The position numbers and the translations under genes were made by a program. A stretch of 39,860 nucleotides of DNA from a virus. Under the pieces are notes generated by a model. That model was not told the origin of the DNA. It did no database searches and worked only from the letters and a program-made list of their open reading frames with translations. Positions 1 through 7,207 of the stretch are shown here, one piece after another (the stretch's first letter is position 1; each line of letters opens with the position of its first letter). Location: IMG/VR virus record IMGVR_UViG_3300045988_157278; one strand, written 5' to 3'.

Positions 1-847
1 AATCAATATATATTTTGGCAGATCTTTTATTCGGTAATCGCTTTGTACTCCATAAGTCTTTGCCTTGATGTCCTTTATTGTAACGTTTTCTTAATGTAGC
101 TATGCTTATACCAGTTAATTTTGATAATTCAGGAATTGTTACTTGTCTGCCATAATAATTGACATAAATATTTGCCTTATTTGGTAGTCGATTAGTGTTC
201 CATATTTCTTCGCCGGAGCATCCTCTTTTCAGCCTTTCATATATCGTACTGCATTTTACACCAGTTATTTTATTTAACTCAGTAAGATTTACATATCTTT
301 TTTCAGGTGTGTAATATACAAGAGTCTCATTTGACTTCTTGATAATACTAGCGCGTTCTACTTTTCTTTTTTCTTCTGGACCGTTATTTAACATATCTTT
401 TAAATATGGTTCATGTAACTCCTCTTTTGCTTTTAAATATGCATCATGCGCTTCATCCGCTGTATCAAATTCTCCAAGATGATGTTGTTTACCTTTAAAA
501 GTTATATCCGCAGCATAGCGGTTTGTGCGTTTATTAAGAGATACGCCACGATAACCGCTTTTGTTATTTTTTCGTGGCTTATCACCATATAGCTTGTAGG
601 GGTCTGAGCCATCAACACAATGGTTACGTGTAATGGCACCGAGTTTCTTACCATTGATAGTTTTAAGGCATCCACAGCTCTTTGTCTGTTTATTTCTGAG
701 ATTTCGCAGCGATACAACAATAGTATTTCCGCAGTCGCACTCACAATTCCAATAAGCATTACCGCTCTTATCGACTTCACCGGTCGGAGAAATAGCTCTA
801 AGCATTCCGTATCGCTTACCTGTTATATCTTTTCTAGGTCTTGCCAT
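1..847 (-). CDS. DNA-binding protein. N-terminal Cys motif (WxCxCDCGN...SCGC), AP2 domain, then tandem NUMOD1-like HTH repeats. The 5' end is at 847 and the 3' end runs off the window.
   Basis: Hand translation from the ATG at 847 with RBS AAGGAGAG gives 282 codons and no stop down to position 1. The AP2 signature GYRGVSLNKRTNRYAADITFKGKQHHLGEFDTADEAHDAY is present. The C-terminal repeats match the ...GY(Q/R)GEELW pattern seen at the other window end. Confidence 0.6.
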   Translation of the reverse strand, partial: MARPRKDITGKRYGMLRAISPTGEVDKSGNAYWNCECDCGNTIVVSLRNLRNKQTKSCGCLKTINGKKLGAITRNHCVDGSDPYKLYGDKPRKNNKSGYRGVSLNKRTNRYAADITFKGKQHHLGEFDTADEAHDAYLKAKEELHEPYLKDMLNNGPEEKRKVERASIIKKSNETLVYYTPEKRYVNLTELNKITGVKCSTIYERLKRGCSGEEIWNTNRLPNKANIYVNYYGRQVTIPELSKLTGISIATLRKRYNKGHQGKDLWSTKRLPNKRSAKIYID

Positions 848-858
848 AGCCCTCTCCT

Positions 859-1230
859 TTACACGATCAATATATCATTGGATATATAAGACACATCAGT
901 AAATACAGTGTAAGATATAAGCAATCGATCCATATCGGATATTTTTCGTTCGCCTTTTTCCCATGCTAACAGCGTGCGTTTACTGGTTATATAAATATCA
1001 GCCATCGCCACTTTGGTAAGGCCGAGCTTCTCACGCAAAGCAGCAACACTGCAGCGCGTTAATTCGTAAATATAATTTAAGATATCGTTTATCTCGTCAG
1101 CACTATATCCGAGTGCCCAGTCATCATGATCGAGAGACATGGCCTCTTCAATAAAACTTTCTTTATCTGCGCAATGCTGCGCTTTTTTATAAAAATATGA
1201 AAACGTCTGAAATGACACTTGTTTTTTCAT
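859..1230 (-). CDS. HTH (XRE-like) domain protein
   Basis: 123-aa ORF with RBS AGGAGG. C-terminal helix-turn-helix LGLTKVAMADIYITSKRTLLAWEKGERK. Co-directional with the flanking minus-strand genes. Confidence 0.5.
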   Translation of the reverse strand: MKKQVSFQTFSYFYKKAQHCADKESFIEEAMSLDHDDWALGYSADEINDILNYIYELTRCSVAALREKLGLTKVAMADIYITSKRTLLAWEKGERKISDMDRLLISYTVFTDVSYISNDILIV

Positions 1231-1284
1231 TTGCTACCTCCTATAAGTGAATGAATGAGGAGCTGTGACGCTCCTCGTATCAAT

Positions 1285-1470
1285 TTAATATTCAATGTCT
1301 TCGAATTCGCTGTCAAGAACTTCCTTGAAGGATGGATCTAATTCCAGGTATCTGTTCAAAAATTCTTCCGGAGTGCAAGGTAAGTCGATTGTTACGTGTA
1401 CATGATCTCTAATTTCATCGTCCATGTAAGTACAAATAGTTTCAAAAGTTTCCTGTGTAAGTTTTGCCAT
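1285..1470 (-). CDS. small acidic hypothetical protein (61 aa)
   Basis: ORF with RBS AAGGAGA 7 nt upstream. It is the first gene of the minus-strand operon leaving the control region. Confidence 0.45.
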   Translation of the reverse strand: MAKLTQETFETICTYMDDEIRDHVHVTIDLPCTPEEFLNRYLELDPSFKEVLDSEFEDIEY

Positions 1471-1522
1471 GATTTTTCTCCTTAAGGGGGTTGCCCTTAT
1501 CTCTTTACACCTATATTATAGC

Positions 1523-1567
1523 GCACATTGTGCGCTATGTCAATAGAAAACGAGCACATTGTGCACT
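1523..1567. promoter_or_regulatory. pair of operator-like palindromes (GCGCACA-t-TGTGCGC and GAGCACA-t-TGTGCAC)
   Basis: One perfect 7-1-7 inverted repeat, then a near-copy 30 bp downstream ending in a T run. They lie in the divergent region between the minus-strand operon and the integrase. Confidence 0.3.
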
Positions 1568-1728
1568 TTTTTTTGTGAACGCCGAATTATAAGTAAGGTT
1601 TCACAATGAAAATCCCGTATTTGATGATTATTTTACATTTATAATTTAATTGTGAGAAAATATATATGGCAGCAAAGATATTTTACTCACCCATAAAAAT
1701 CCGTATCATATCTTCTTCCTAGCTGCCA

Positions 1729-1760
1729 GCTCCTGTATATGTGCAGGAGTTTTTCTGTTT
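1729..1760 (+). terminator. hairpin CTCCTG-tatatgtg-CAGGAG followed by TTTTTCTGTTT
   Basis: 6-bp stem, 8-nt loop and T-rich tail in the non-coding control region. Confidence 0.3.
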
Positions 1761-1966
1761 ACCCGAAAACAACCAGAAAAAAATGTGCAATTTATGAATA
1801 AATGCTATAATAAATTAAAACGAAAAACAAATATATCCTTATATTATAATGAAAAAGAATGAAATATAATAAAAAAAGATGGAAAATGAATATTTCTATA
1901 GTTCTGGGTACCGGCACCATCATGATAAATAAAGGTTTTTTAAAGCCTTGGATATATCAACCCGAA

Positions 1967-1997
1967 AACAACCCGAAAAAATCAGGTTGTTTTTTTC
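1967..1997. terminator. hairpin AACAACC/GGTTGTT flanked by an A run upstream and a T run downstream. Possible bidirectional terminator or insulator upstream of int.
   Basis: 7-bp stem with TTTTTTT after it on the plus strand and an A run before it. It overlaps the AACCCGAAAA direct repeats. Confidence 0.3.
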
Positions 1998-2036
1998 GTG
2001 CTTTTGTGCTAATATGAGGGTATAGAGGTGGTTTAT

Positions 2037-3371
2037 ATGACGATTATCAGAGATAAAAAGCAGCTGATCATGAAAGGAAAACTGACCCGCTGGGATGGCA
2101 GTTATTACAATTATGAGATTCCGGCACTTGCCAAAACAGAAGCAAAGGCAGCGAAAGAGGAAATCATTTTTAAGGATGAATTTAAAAAAAGGCAAGAGGA
2201 TATTAAAATCCGGTTATCGGCCGGTGAATACATAGAGGAGATTCTGGGGCCAAAACCGCAAATAGCTGACTACCCAAAAAGTAAAATAAAAGAATACAAG
2301 AAAAATTATGATGAAAACATAGCAAAAGCCAAAGGACTTTTTAAGCCAAAAACTCAAATACGCAAGGATAGGTTTTTTAACAGCGTATGCGAGGACTTTT
2401 TAAGCAGGTATGTAGATGTTAAGGAATCCACTAAAAAGACGAAGGAAGACGATTTGAAGCGCCCTATAGCGAAGTTTGGGGATAGGGATATTGTATCAAT
2501 CACATCAGAAGAGTTGCAAGAGTACATATGGCAGCTTGATTATGAGATTTCAGAGAGATCAGTTAAGAAAATATTTTACGCAATGAATCCGGTCTTTCAG
2601 CTTGCTGTAGAAAAGGGATACATTCCTGCAAATCCCATGAGCAAAGTAAAACGGAGAATTAACAAGGATAAGCCAAGAGAGGAAATGAAAATATGGGAAC
2701 CGGATGAATTTCAGCTGTTCCTGGATGAGTTCCCAGAAAAAGACCGATTTTATTATTTCTTTGAATTTTTATATTTCATGGGAACCCGATCGGGCGAAGC
2801 AAACGCCCTTACCTGGAACGACATCCATTTCAATGAGAACACCGTGGAAATAAAAAAATCCGTATCTTTCAAGCTGCGCCCGTATAAAATAACATCACCT
2901 AAAAATCCGAACGCCCACAGAAAAATATCAATGCCAAAAAGAATCCACGATTCATTAAAGGAGTTATACAAGATGCAAAAGGAGTATGAGGGCTTCACAC
3001 TGGATTGTTTTGTGTTTGGCTTCGATAAGCCACTGGATCCGGAAACAGTCCGCCGGGTAAAGCGTGAAAAAGTAAATGCAGCCAATGAAAAGGATGAAAA
3101 TAAGAATAAACAGCTTGAATTGATCAGAGTACACGATTTCAGGCACTCTCACGCGTCTTATCTAATAAATAACATGTCTGATCAGTTTACAGATTTTGAC
3201 GTTGCAAAGCGACTGGGAGACACGGTACAGACATTGCACAACACGTATGCGCATTGGTTTAAACAACGTGATAAGAGTATCATTGATTTTATGGATGGTC
3301 ATGCTGTAGAAACACAGCAGAATCACAGCAACCGGATCGCGGAACTAAAAGAGCTAAAGGCATTTCAATAA
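2037..3371 (+). CDS. int: site-specific tyrosine integrase
   Basis: C-terminal catalytic residues: R in GTRSGEANALTWNDI, HxxR in HDFRHSHASYL and Y in LHNTYAHW. RBS AGAGGTGG precedes the ATG at 2037. The ORF track start at 2028 is a GTG lying inside the RBS. Confidence 0.85.
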   Translation: MTIIRDKKQLIMKGKLTRWDGSYYNYEIPALAKTEAKAAKEEIIFKDEFKKRQEDIKIRLSAGEYIEEILGPKPQIADYPKSKIKEYKKNYDENIAKAKGLFKPKTQIRKDRFFNSVCEDFLSRYVDVKESTKKTKEDDLKRPIAKFGDRDIVSITSEELQEYIWQLDYEISERSVKKIFYAMNPVFQLAVEKGYIPANPMSKVKRRINKDKPREEMKIWEPDEFQLFLDEFPEKDRFYYFFEFLYFMGTRSGEANALTWNDIHFNENTVEIKKSVSFKLRPYKITSPKNPNAHRKISMPKRIHDSLKELYKMQKEYEGFTLDCFVFGFDKPLDPETVRRVKREKVNAANEKDENKNKQLELIRVHDFRHSHASYLINNMSDQFTDFDVAKRLGDTVQTLHNTYAHWFKQRDKSIIDFMDGHAVETQQNHSNRIAELKELKAFQ

Positions 3372-3693
3372 TTACGTTTTGTTTCTCTTCTGACATGTTC
3401 ACAAATTTTCTAATAATAGATGTAGCAGCATCTGATAAATCAAATTCTTCCTTTAATTCATCAATTTTTGAATCGGGGAATCCGGTAAACATATCGCCTT
3501 TGCCTTCGGTGAGCCATAAATAATAAACATTGAATTCGCTACATATGAGTTTAGCCATTGTATCAGTTACGTTATTTTTTCCGCTTTCTATAATTGACAC
3601 AGCTGATTTAGTAATACCTAACTTTGATCCAAAAGCTTCTTGACTCATCCTTAATTCTTTTCTGACCTGTCTCACTCTTTCATTTATTGTCAT
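3289..3693 (-). CDS. cI-like repressor, XRE-family HTH
   Basis: N-terminal HTH VRQVRKELRMSQEAFGSKLGITKSAVSIIESGKN. Strong RBS AAGGAGG before the ATG at 3693. Divergent from a consensus promoter and adjacent to int. Confidence 0.75.
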   Translation of the reverse strand: MTINERVRQVRKELRMSQEAFGSKLGITKSAVSIIESGKNNVTDTMAKLICSEFNVYYLWLTEGKGDMFTGFPDSKIDELKEEFDLSDAATSIIRKFVNMSEEKQNVIIEMPLALLVPRSGCCDSAVFLQHDHP

Positions 3694-3749
3694 GATTACC
3701 TCCTTTCGTAACAATTATAACACAGAAGTTAAAATAATCAACATTATCG

Positions 3750-3778
3750 TTGACAACATTGATTTAATAAACTATAAT
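3750..3778 (+). promoter_or_regulatory. sigma-70 consensus promoter: TTGACA, 17-nt spacer, TATAAT
   Basis: Perfect -35 at 3750-3755 and perfect -10 at 3773-3778. TAATCAACA repeats at 3735-3743 and 3786-3794 flank it and are candidate operator sites. Confidence 0.45.
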
Positions 3779-3798
3779 GTTATTGTAATCAACAAGAG

Positions 3799-4023
3799 GT
3801 GAAGAACAAAATGAATACAGGATATGAAAAAGAATATGCGAAAGCAGTCTCGGCGGGCTTAGATATGTTGGAACGTGCTAATCAACTTGACAAGACAGCC
3901 AATGACTTGCGTCCAGAAGTTATTAATTTGACAAACACACAAGATTTAAGGGCTATGCAGTATTTATATTTGCTAGCACAGGCTAGAGAGCTGCGTGCTT
4001 GGCATGAAAAGCTGTTTGGATAA
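3799..4023 (+). CDS. hypothetical early protein (74 aa) in the Cro position
   Basis: First ORF downstream of the consensus promoter, with RBS AGAGGTG. Confidence 0.45.
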   Translation: MKNKMNTGYEKEYAKAVSAGLDMLERANQLDKTANDLRPEVINLTNTQDLRAMQYLYLLAQARELRAWHEKLFG

Positions 4024-4109
4024 TCAAAAATCGACTAGACGATAAAAAACAGGTGTTAGGTCTAGTGCGGCAGGGTTCTTCCCTGCGTCACACATGAGGA
4101 GGTGATTAA

Positions 4110-4256
4110 ATGACAGCAGAAGAATATCGTGCGAATTTGGAAAAAGCACGTGTACTCATATCTCTTATTATGCCTATGCCAGAAAAGGAGATAGAAGTTC
4201 TAGCTGCATTTATGGCAGGTTACAAGAGCGGTTATGAGAGCAAACAGCTGACATAG
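4110..4256 (+). CDS. small hypothetical protein (48 aa)
   Basis: Strong RBS GAGGAGGTG 6 nt before the ATG. Below the 60-aa cutoff of the ORF track. Confidence 0.4.
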   Translation: MTAEEYRANLEKARVLISLIMPMPEKEIEVLAAFMAGYKSGYESKQLT

Positions 4257-4272
4257 AAAGGGGCGTGAAAGG

Positions 4273-4452
4273 ATGAAACAGTTAAATATCCCGGTATATG
4301 TAGGGAATAAGGAAATTTGCAAGGAATTTAATTGTTCTCCTGCTACGGCGGTAAAAATCATGAAGAATGTCAAAGTTGCAAACAAAGATAAAAAGAATCC
4401 ATACGAGAGAAAGGTGCCGCTTTCTTGGGTGCTGGAAATGTATGGAGAATGA
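4273..4452 (+). CDS. small DNA-binding protein (59 aa), possibly excisionase or regulator-like
   Basis: RBS AAAGG before the ATG. Basic and HTH-like (NIPVYVGNKEICKEFNCSPATAVKIMKNV). It sits in the int-proximal early region. Confidence 0.35.
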   Translation: MKQLNIPVYVGNKEICKEFNCSPATAVKIMKNVKVANKDKKNPYERKVPLSWVLEMYGE

Positions 4453-4602
4453 TGGAAAGGAGAGTGAGATATTGATGCAGGATAATAAAAAAGGCTTCAC
4501 CGAATCTGCAAATTCAGTAAAGCCTAATGATGAATCATTCGCAGAAAAAAATGTTTATAAAAGGGTTTTGTAATATCCTATGAGAAAGTGAGGAAATCGA
4601 AA

Positions 4603-4767
4603 ATGGATTCTCTAATCATTGATGGAACCATTGCATTAGTACTGAATGTAATAGTGACAGTATTCGTATGCTCATGGTTTGCAAAAGAAATATTATGTGA
4701 AGTAAGAAAAAACGAGATTAAGCTTTTGGATGATGTTAAAGAAATTGCGGAGATGTTAAAGAAATGA
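4603..4767 (+). CDS. small membrane protein (54 aa, one TM helix)
   Basis: RBS AGGAAA. Hydrophobic stretch IIDGTIALVLNVIVTVFVCSWF. Confidence 0.35.
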   Translation: MDSLIIDGTIALVLNVIVTVFVCSWFAKEILCEVRKNEIKLLDDVKEIAEMLKK

Positions 4768-4883
4768 TTACAGTAATATATCTTGTAGTTATTGAAAAAC
4801 TGATTTTGAACTTATGGGTACGCTTGACAAGGAAAAAGTGCGAAACAATATTGTCTCACACTTGGATAGATATTAAAGCGATA

Positions 4884-5654
4884 TTATCTGCTGCCGATAC
4901 ACGTCTTGATAAAGTTTTTTCCGAGAGATGTTAATTGCACACGGTAAGCAGGACCAGTAGCCCACTTCATAGTGTTGGAATTATTTAGTGATTCTAACCA
5001 TGTAAGTTTATCGTCGATTTTGGAAGGGCCTATTTCTTCAGAATCCATCATAATAAGCCTAAGTCTTAAAAGATTATCAATTGCAATATCAGTCAACTTT
5101 AAATCTTCAATGACGTTTTCATTTGGATCTTTGTAGTAATAGAAGTTTGAATAATCATCTGCATGTCCTTCTGTATTGCCTGAATATTCTAAATAAATAG
5201 AATGTATGAAAGCAGATTTATCATTTTTAATATCCAATAGAATATTGGCATCTAGTTGAGATATCTGCTGAATGATAAAAGGAAATGACGGATGTAGATT
5301 GCAATATGTTGATTTGTCAAAAGTTGAAGTAATGAGAGTATTGAACATTTTACGGTAATGATCTGAAGTAAAATCATAGTTTCTAAATGCCATACTGGTT
5401 ATTACCCCTATATCGGAATTGCCAGGACTATAAGGATTATTTAGATTAGCACTGACTATAGATAAAATACTGTCTGTTAAAGATTTCTTGACAAGATTAA
5501 CCTCTTCATCTCTACATAAGCCTAAAATCTTCATATGCTTGATAAAATCACCGCAGTAGCACTCTATCAATGCGGAGATAAGCTCCTGGACTTTATCATT
5601 TGTTAATACAGAGCCGAGAATTGTAGCAAGAATTACAGCATCCATTTTATTCAC
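4884..5654 (-). CDS. hypothetical protein (256 aa). AT-rich minus-strand moron. No domain recognised.
   Basis: Clean 256-aa ORF with RBS AAGGGGGTG. The local sequence is visibly more AT-rich than its neighbours, and the gene runs opposite to the surrounding early genes. Confidence 0.65.
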   Translation of the reverse strand: MNKMDAVILATILGSVLTNDKVQELISALIECYCGDFIKHMKILGLCRDEEVNLVKKSLTDSILSIVSANLNNPYSPGNSDIGVITSMAFRNYDFTSDHYRKMFNTLITSTFDKSTYCNLHPSFPFIIQQISQLDANILLDIKNDKSAFIHSIYLEYSGNTEGHADDYSNFYYYKDPNENVIEDLKLTDIAIDNLLRLRLIMMDSEEIGPSKIDDKLTWLESLNNSNTMKWATGPAYRVQLTSLGKNFIKTCIGSR

Positions 5655-5725
5655 CCCCTTCCCATATAGGTAAATAATACCATATATGAAATGAAGGTCA
5701 ATAATTTACAAAAGGAGGAATAAAC

Positions 5726-5917
5726 ATGACAGCAAATGAATCAATCATTACAGAAAGCCGTGAAGCCAAACGCGAGTTAATCGATAAAGTGGTATCCGGT
5801 TTAACGCTCGATGAAGCAGAAGAAAAGTTTCTGGCGTTTCTTGTAGATATGGAAGATATGGAAACTGTGTCAAAGTTCTGCAGCATCATCCGGAAGGCAA
5901 AGGAGTATCAGCAATGA
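5726..5917 (+). CDS. small hypothetical protein (63 aa)
   Basis: RBS AAAGGAGGA. Its stop overlaps the start of the next gene (ATGA). Confidence 0.5.
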   Translation: MTANESIITESREAKRELIDKVVSGLTLDEAEEKFLAFLVDMEDMETVSKFCSIIRKAKEYQQ

Positions 5918-6138
5918 AAATATGGAAAGTATCTGTTACCGGGGCGGTGTTATTGACTGTAACAGTCTGCGCCATAGTGGTAAAAAATGAATGGGAACAA
6001 AAAATTGAAAGGCTGCAGCTGCTGAATAAGGTAACAAACGAAGAGCTGCAGATAACAAGGAAGATTGTGAAAGAGCAGAAAGCTGAGCTGCAGGAAAAGG
6101 ACAAAGAAATTGCGCATCTGGAATCTCAACCAAAATGA
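5914..6138 (+). CDS. membrane-anchored coiled-coil protein. Likely the N-terminal part of a 3D-domain protein interrupted by the TGA at 6136.
   Basis: N-terminal TM helix (VTGAVLLTVTVCAIVV) and a heptad-like coiled coil. It is in the same frame as 6178-6435 with only one TGA between them. Confidence 0.55.
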   Translation: MKIWKVSVTGAVLLTVTVCAIVVKNEWEQKIERLQLLNKVTNEELQITRKIVKEQKAELQEKDKEIAHLESQPK

Positions 6139-6177
6139 ACAGCTCTACCCGGCGAGTTTACGATAACGTACTATGGC

Positions 6178-6435
6178 ATGGATATCACATCAGCAACGGC
6201 CAGCGGCGCCGATCCAGAAATCGGAGTGACCATTGGTGTTGATCCTGCTGTTATACCATACGGCACTATCGTGTTAATCAATGGTAAAGAGTATGTGGCG
6301 CAGGATACTGGCAACTACACCGGGAATCACATCGACATCCTATGCGAATCAGAAGCAGCTGCACAACGACTGGGAACATATAAAACGAAGGTATACATAA
6401 AGAGTGAAGGAGGGAAAGAGTGTGGAAAAGACTGA
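6178..6435 (+). CDS. 3D-domain protein (YuiC/YabE/Rpf-like, MltA-type fold). C-terminal part as annotated from the first ATG.
   Basis: TASG...VDPAVIPYG...AQDTG...GNHIDI...TKVYI matches the 3D domain. The conserved TITYYG-x-ITSATASG segment begins upstream of this ATG, immediately after the TGA of the previous ORF. Confidence 0.6.
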   Translation: MDITSATASGADPEIGVTIGVDPAVIPYGTIVLINGKEYVAQDTGNYTGNHIDILCESEAAAQRLGTYKTKVYIKSEGGKECGKD

Positions 6436-7024
6436 CAAGCTTTATCTTATCAATGCGAAGCTGAACGAGATAAGAGAATCAACACAGATGTATCGCGAAA
6501 ACGAGAATATGTATTGTCATTTTAACAAAGTCTTAGAGCATCTGGATGCTGCGCTGGAAGAAATGCGAGAACATCCACACTGGAAGCGTCCGATCAACCT
6601 GCCGGAAGATATGATATGGTCGGACGCTTGCAATCCTGATGACCGATCAGACCCATTTGCATATGGCGGTGATATGCCGGTGGAAGACTTCGTGCGTATG
6701 CAGGACGAATATTTTGCAAATGAAGGAAATGAGGTACTAGATGCTGCGGATTTCCGGAGTGAAGCAAAAGCAGAGGAGGAAATTGAGAACAATGAAGAAA
6801 ATAAAAGCGCAGCCGGTATCAATGGCTGTGATACAGGATGCGCTATTGATGGAAATGCGGAATGTCGAACATCCGTTGACGGTGAGAATCGCGTTACAAA
6901 AAGATTCTATACTTGTTCTGTTAACAGAAAACCGGAAGTATATAGCGTCGTTCCAGATAAACAGCAACATGAAACCGACCTACCAGCAAAGGATATTTCG
7001 GGATGCGGTACACGCCATCCGTAA
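6404..7024 (+). CDS. highly acidic early protein. The N-terminal ~135 aa look convincing. The C-terminal part overlaps another frame.
   Basis: D/E-rich N-terminal region with RBS GAAGGAGGG. An in-frame GTG at 6422 is an alternative start. After about 6800 the composition looks off-frame. Confidence 0.35.
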   Translation: MKEGKSVEKTDKLYLINAKLNEIRESTQMYRENENMYCHFNKVLEHLDAALEEMREHPHWKRPINLPEDMIWSDACNPDDRSDPFAYGGDMPVEDFVRMQDEYFANEGNEVLDAADFRSEAKAEEEIENNEENKSAAGINGCDTGCAIDGNAECRTSVDGENRVTKRFYTCSVNRKPEVYSVVPDKQQHETDLPAKDISGCGTRHP

Positions 7025-7052
7025 CGCGCAAAAAAAAGAATGTTTAACCTGA
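6792..7052 (+). CDS. hypothetical protein (86 aa), MKKIKAQP...
   Basis: Protein-like composition in the +1 frame relative to 6404. RBS GAGGAGGA at 11 nt. A stem-loop follows. Confidence 0.35.
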   Translation: MKKIKAQPVSMAVIQDALLMEMRNVEHPLTVRIALQKDSILVLLTENRKYIASFQINSNMKPTYQQRIFRDAVHAIRNAQKKECLT

Positions 7053-7068
7053 CAAGCCTAACATTCTT
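7028..7068. terminator. 9-bp perfect hairpin AAGAATGTT/AACATTCTT with A8 upstream. Reads as an intrinsic terminator on the minus strand.
   Basis: An A run at 7029-7037 precedes the stem, which gives a T run after the stem on the minus strand. Confidence 0.3.
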
Positions 7069-7207
7069 TCCATAGTGAGTTGGTTGATTGTTCAACCTAC
7101 CTTTATTTTACCACAAAGCGCTTGAAATGCAAGTAAATAGAGGTATTTTGGACAATCTCTAACGGCCTTGGAATGGATATTAACAAGTCAACCAAAGGAA
7201 GAGATAC

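Noticed and set aside
1600-2030. Searched the AT-rich non-coding region for a tRNA gene (attB-type integration target) and for CRISPR-like repeats
   Set aside because: No cloverleaf-compatible segment with GTTC...GAAC T-arm was recognised, and there are no regularly spaced repeat-spacer units. The repeats present are short and irregular (arm-site-like).
2753-3152. Minus-strand ORFs (110 and 62 aa) inside the integrase gene
   Set aside because: Antisense to a well-supported integrase. No RBS.
4475-4573. 32-aa ORF after the 4273-4452 gene, with RBS AAGGAGAG about 11 nt upstream
   Set aside because: Too short and the spacing is sub-optimal. It might be a real micro-ORF but cannot be supported from sequence alone.
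4764-4937. About 58-aa plus-strand ORF (MITVIYLVV...) overlapping the 3' end of the minus-strand gene 4884-5654
   Set aside because: No RBS, and it overlaps a convincing convergent gene. Likely spurious.
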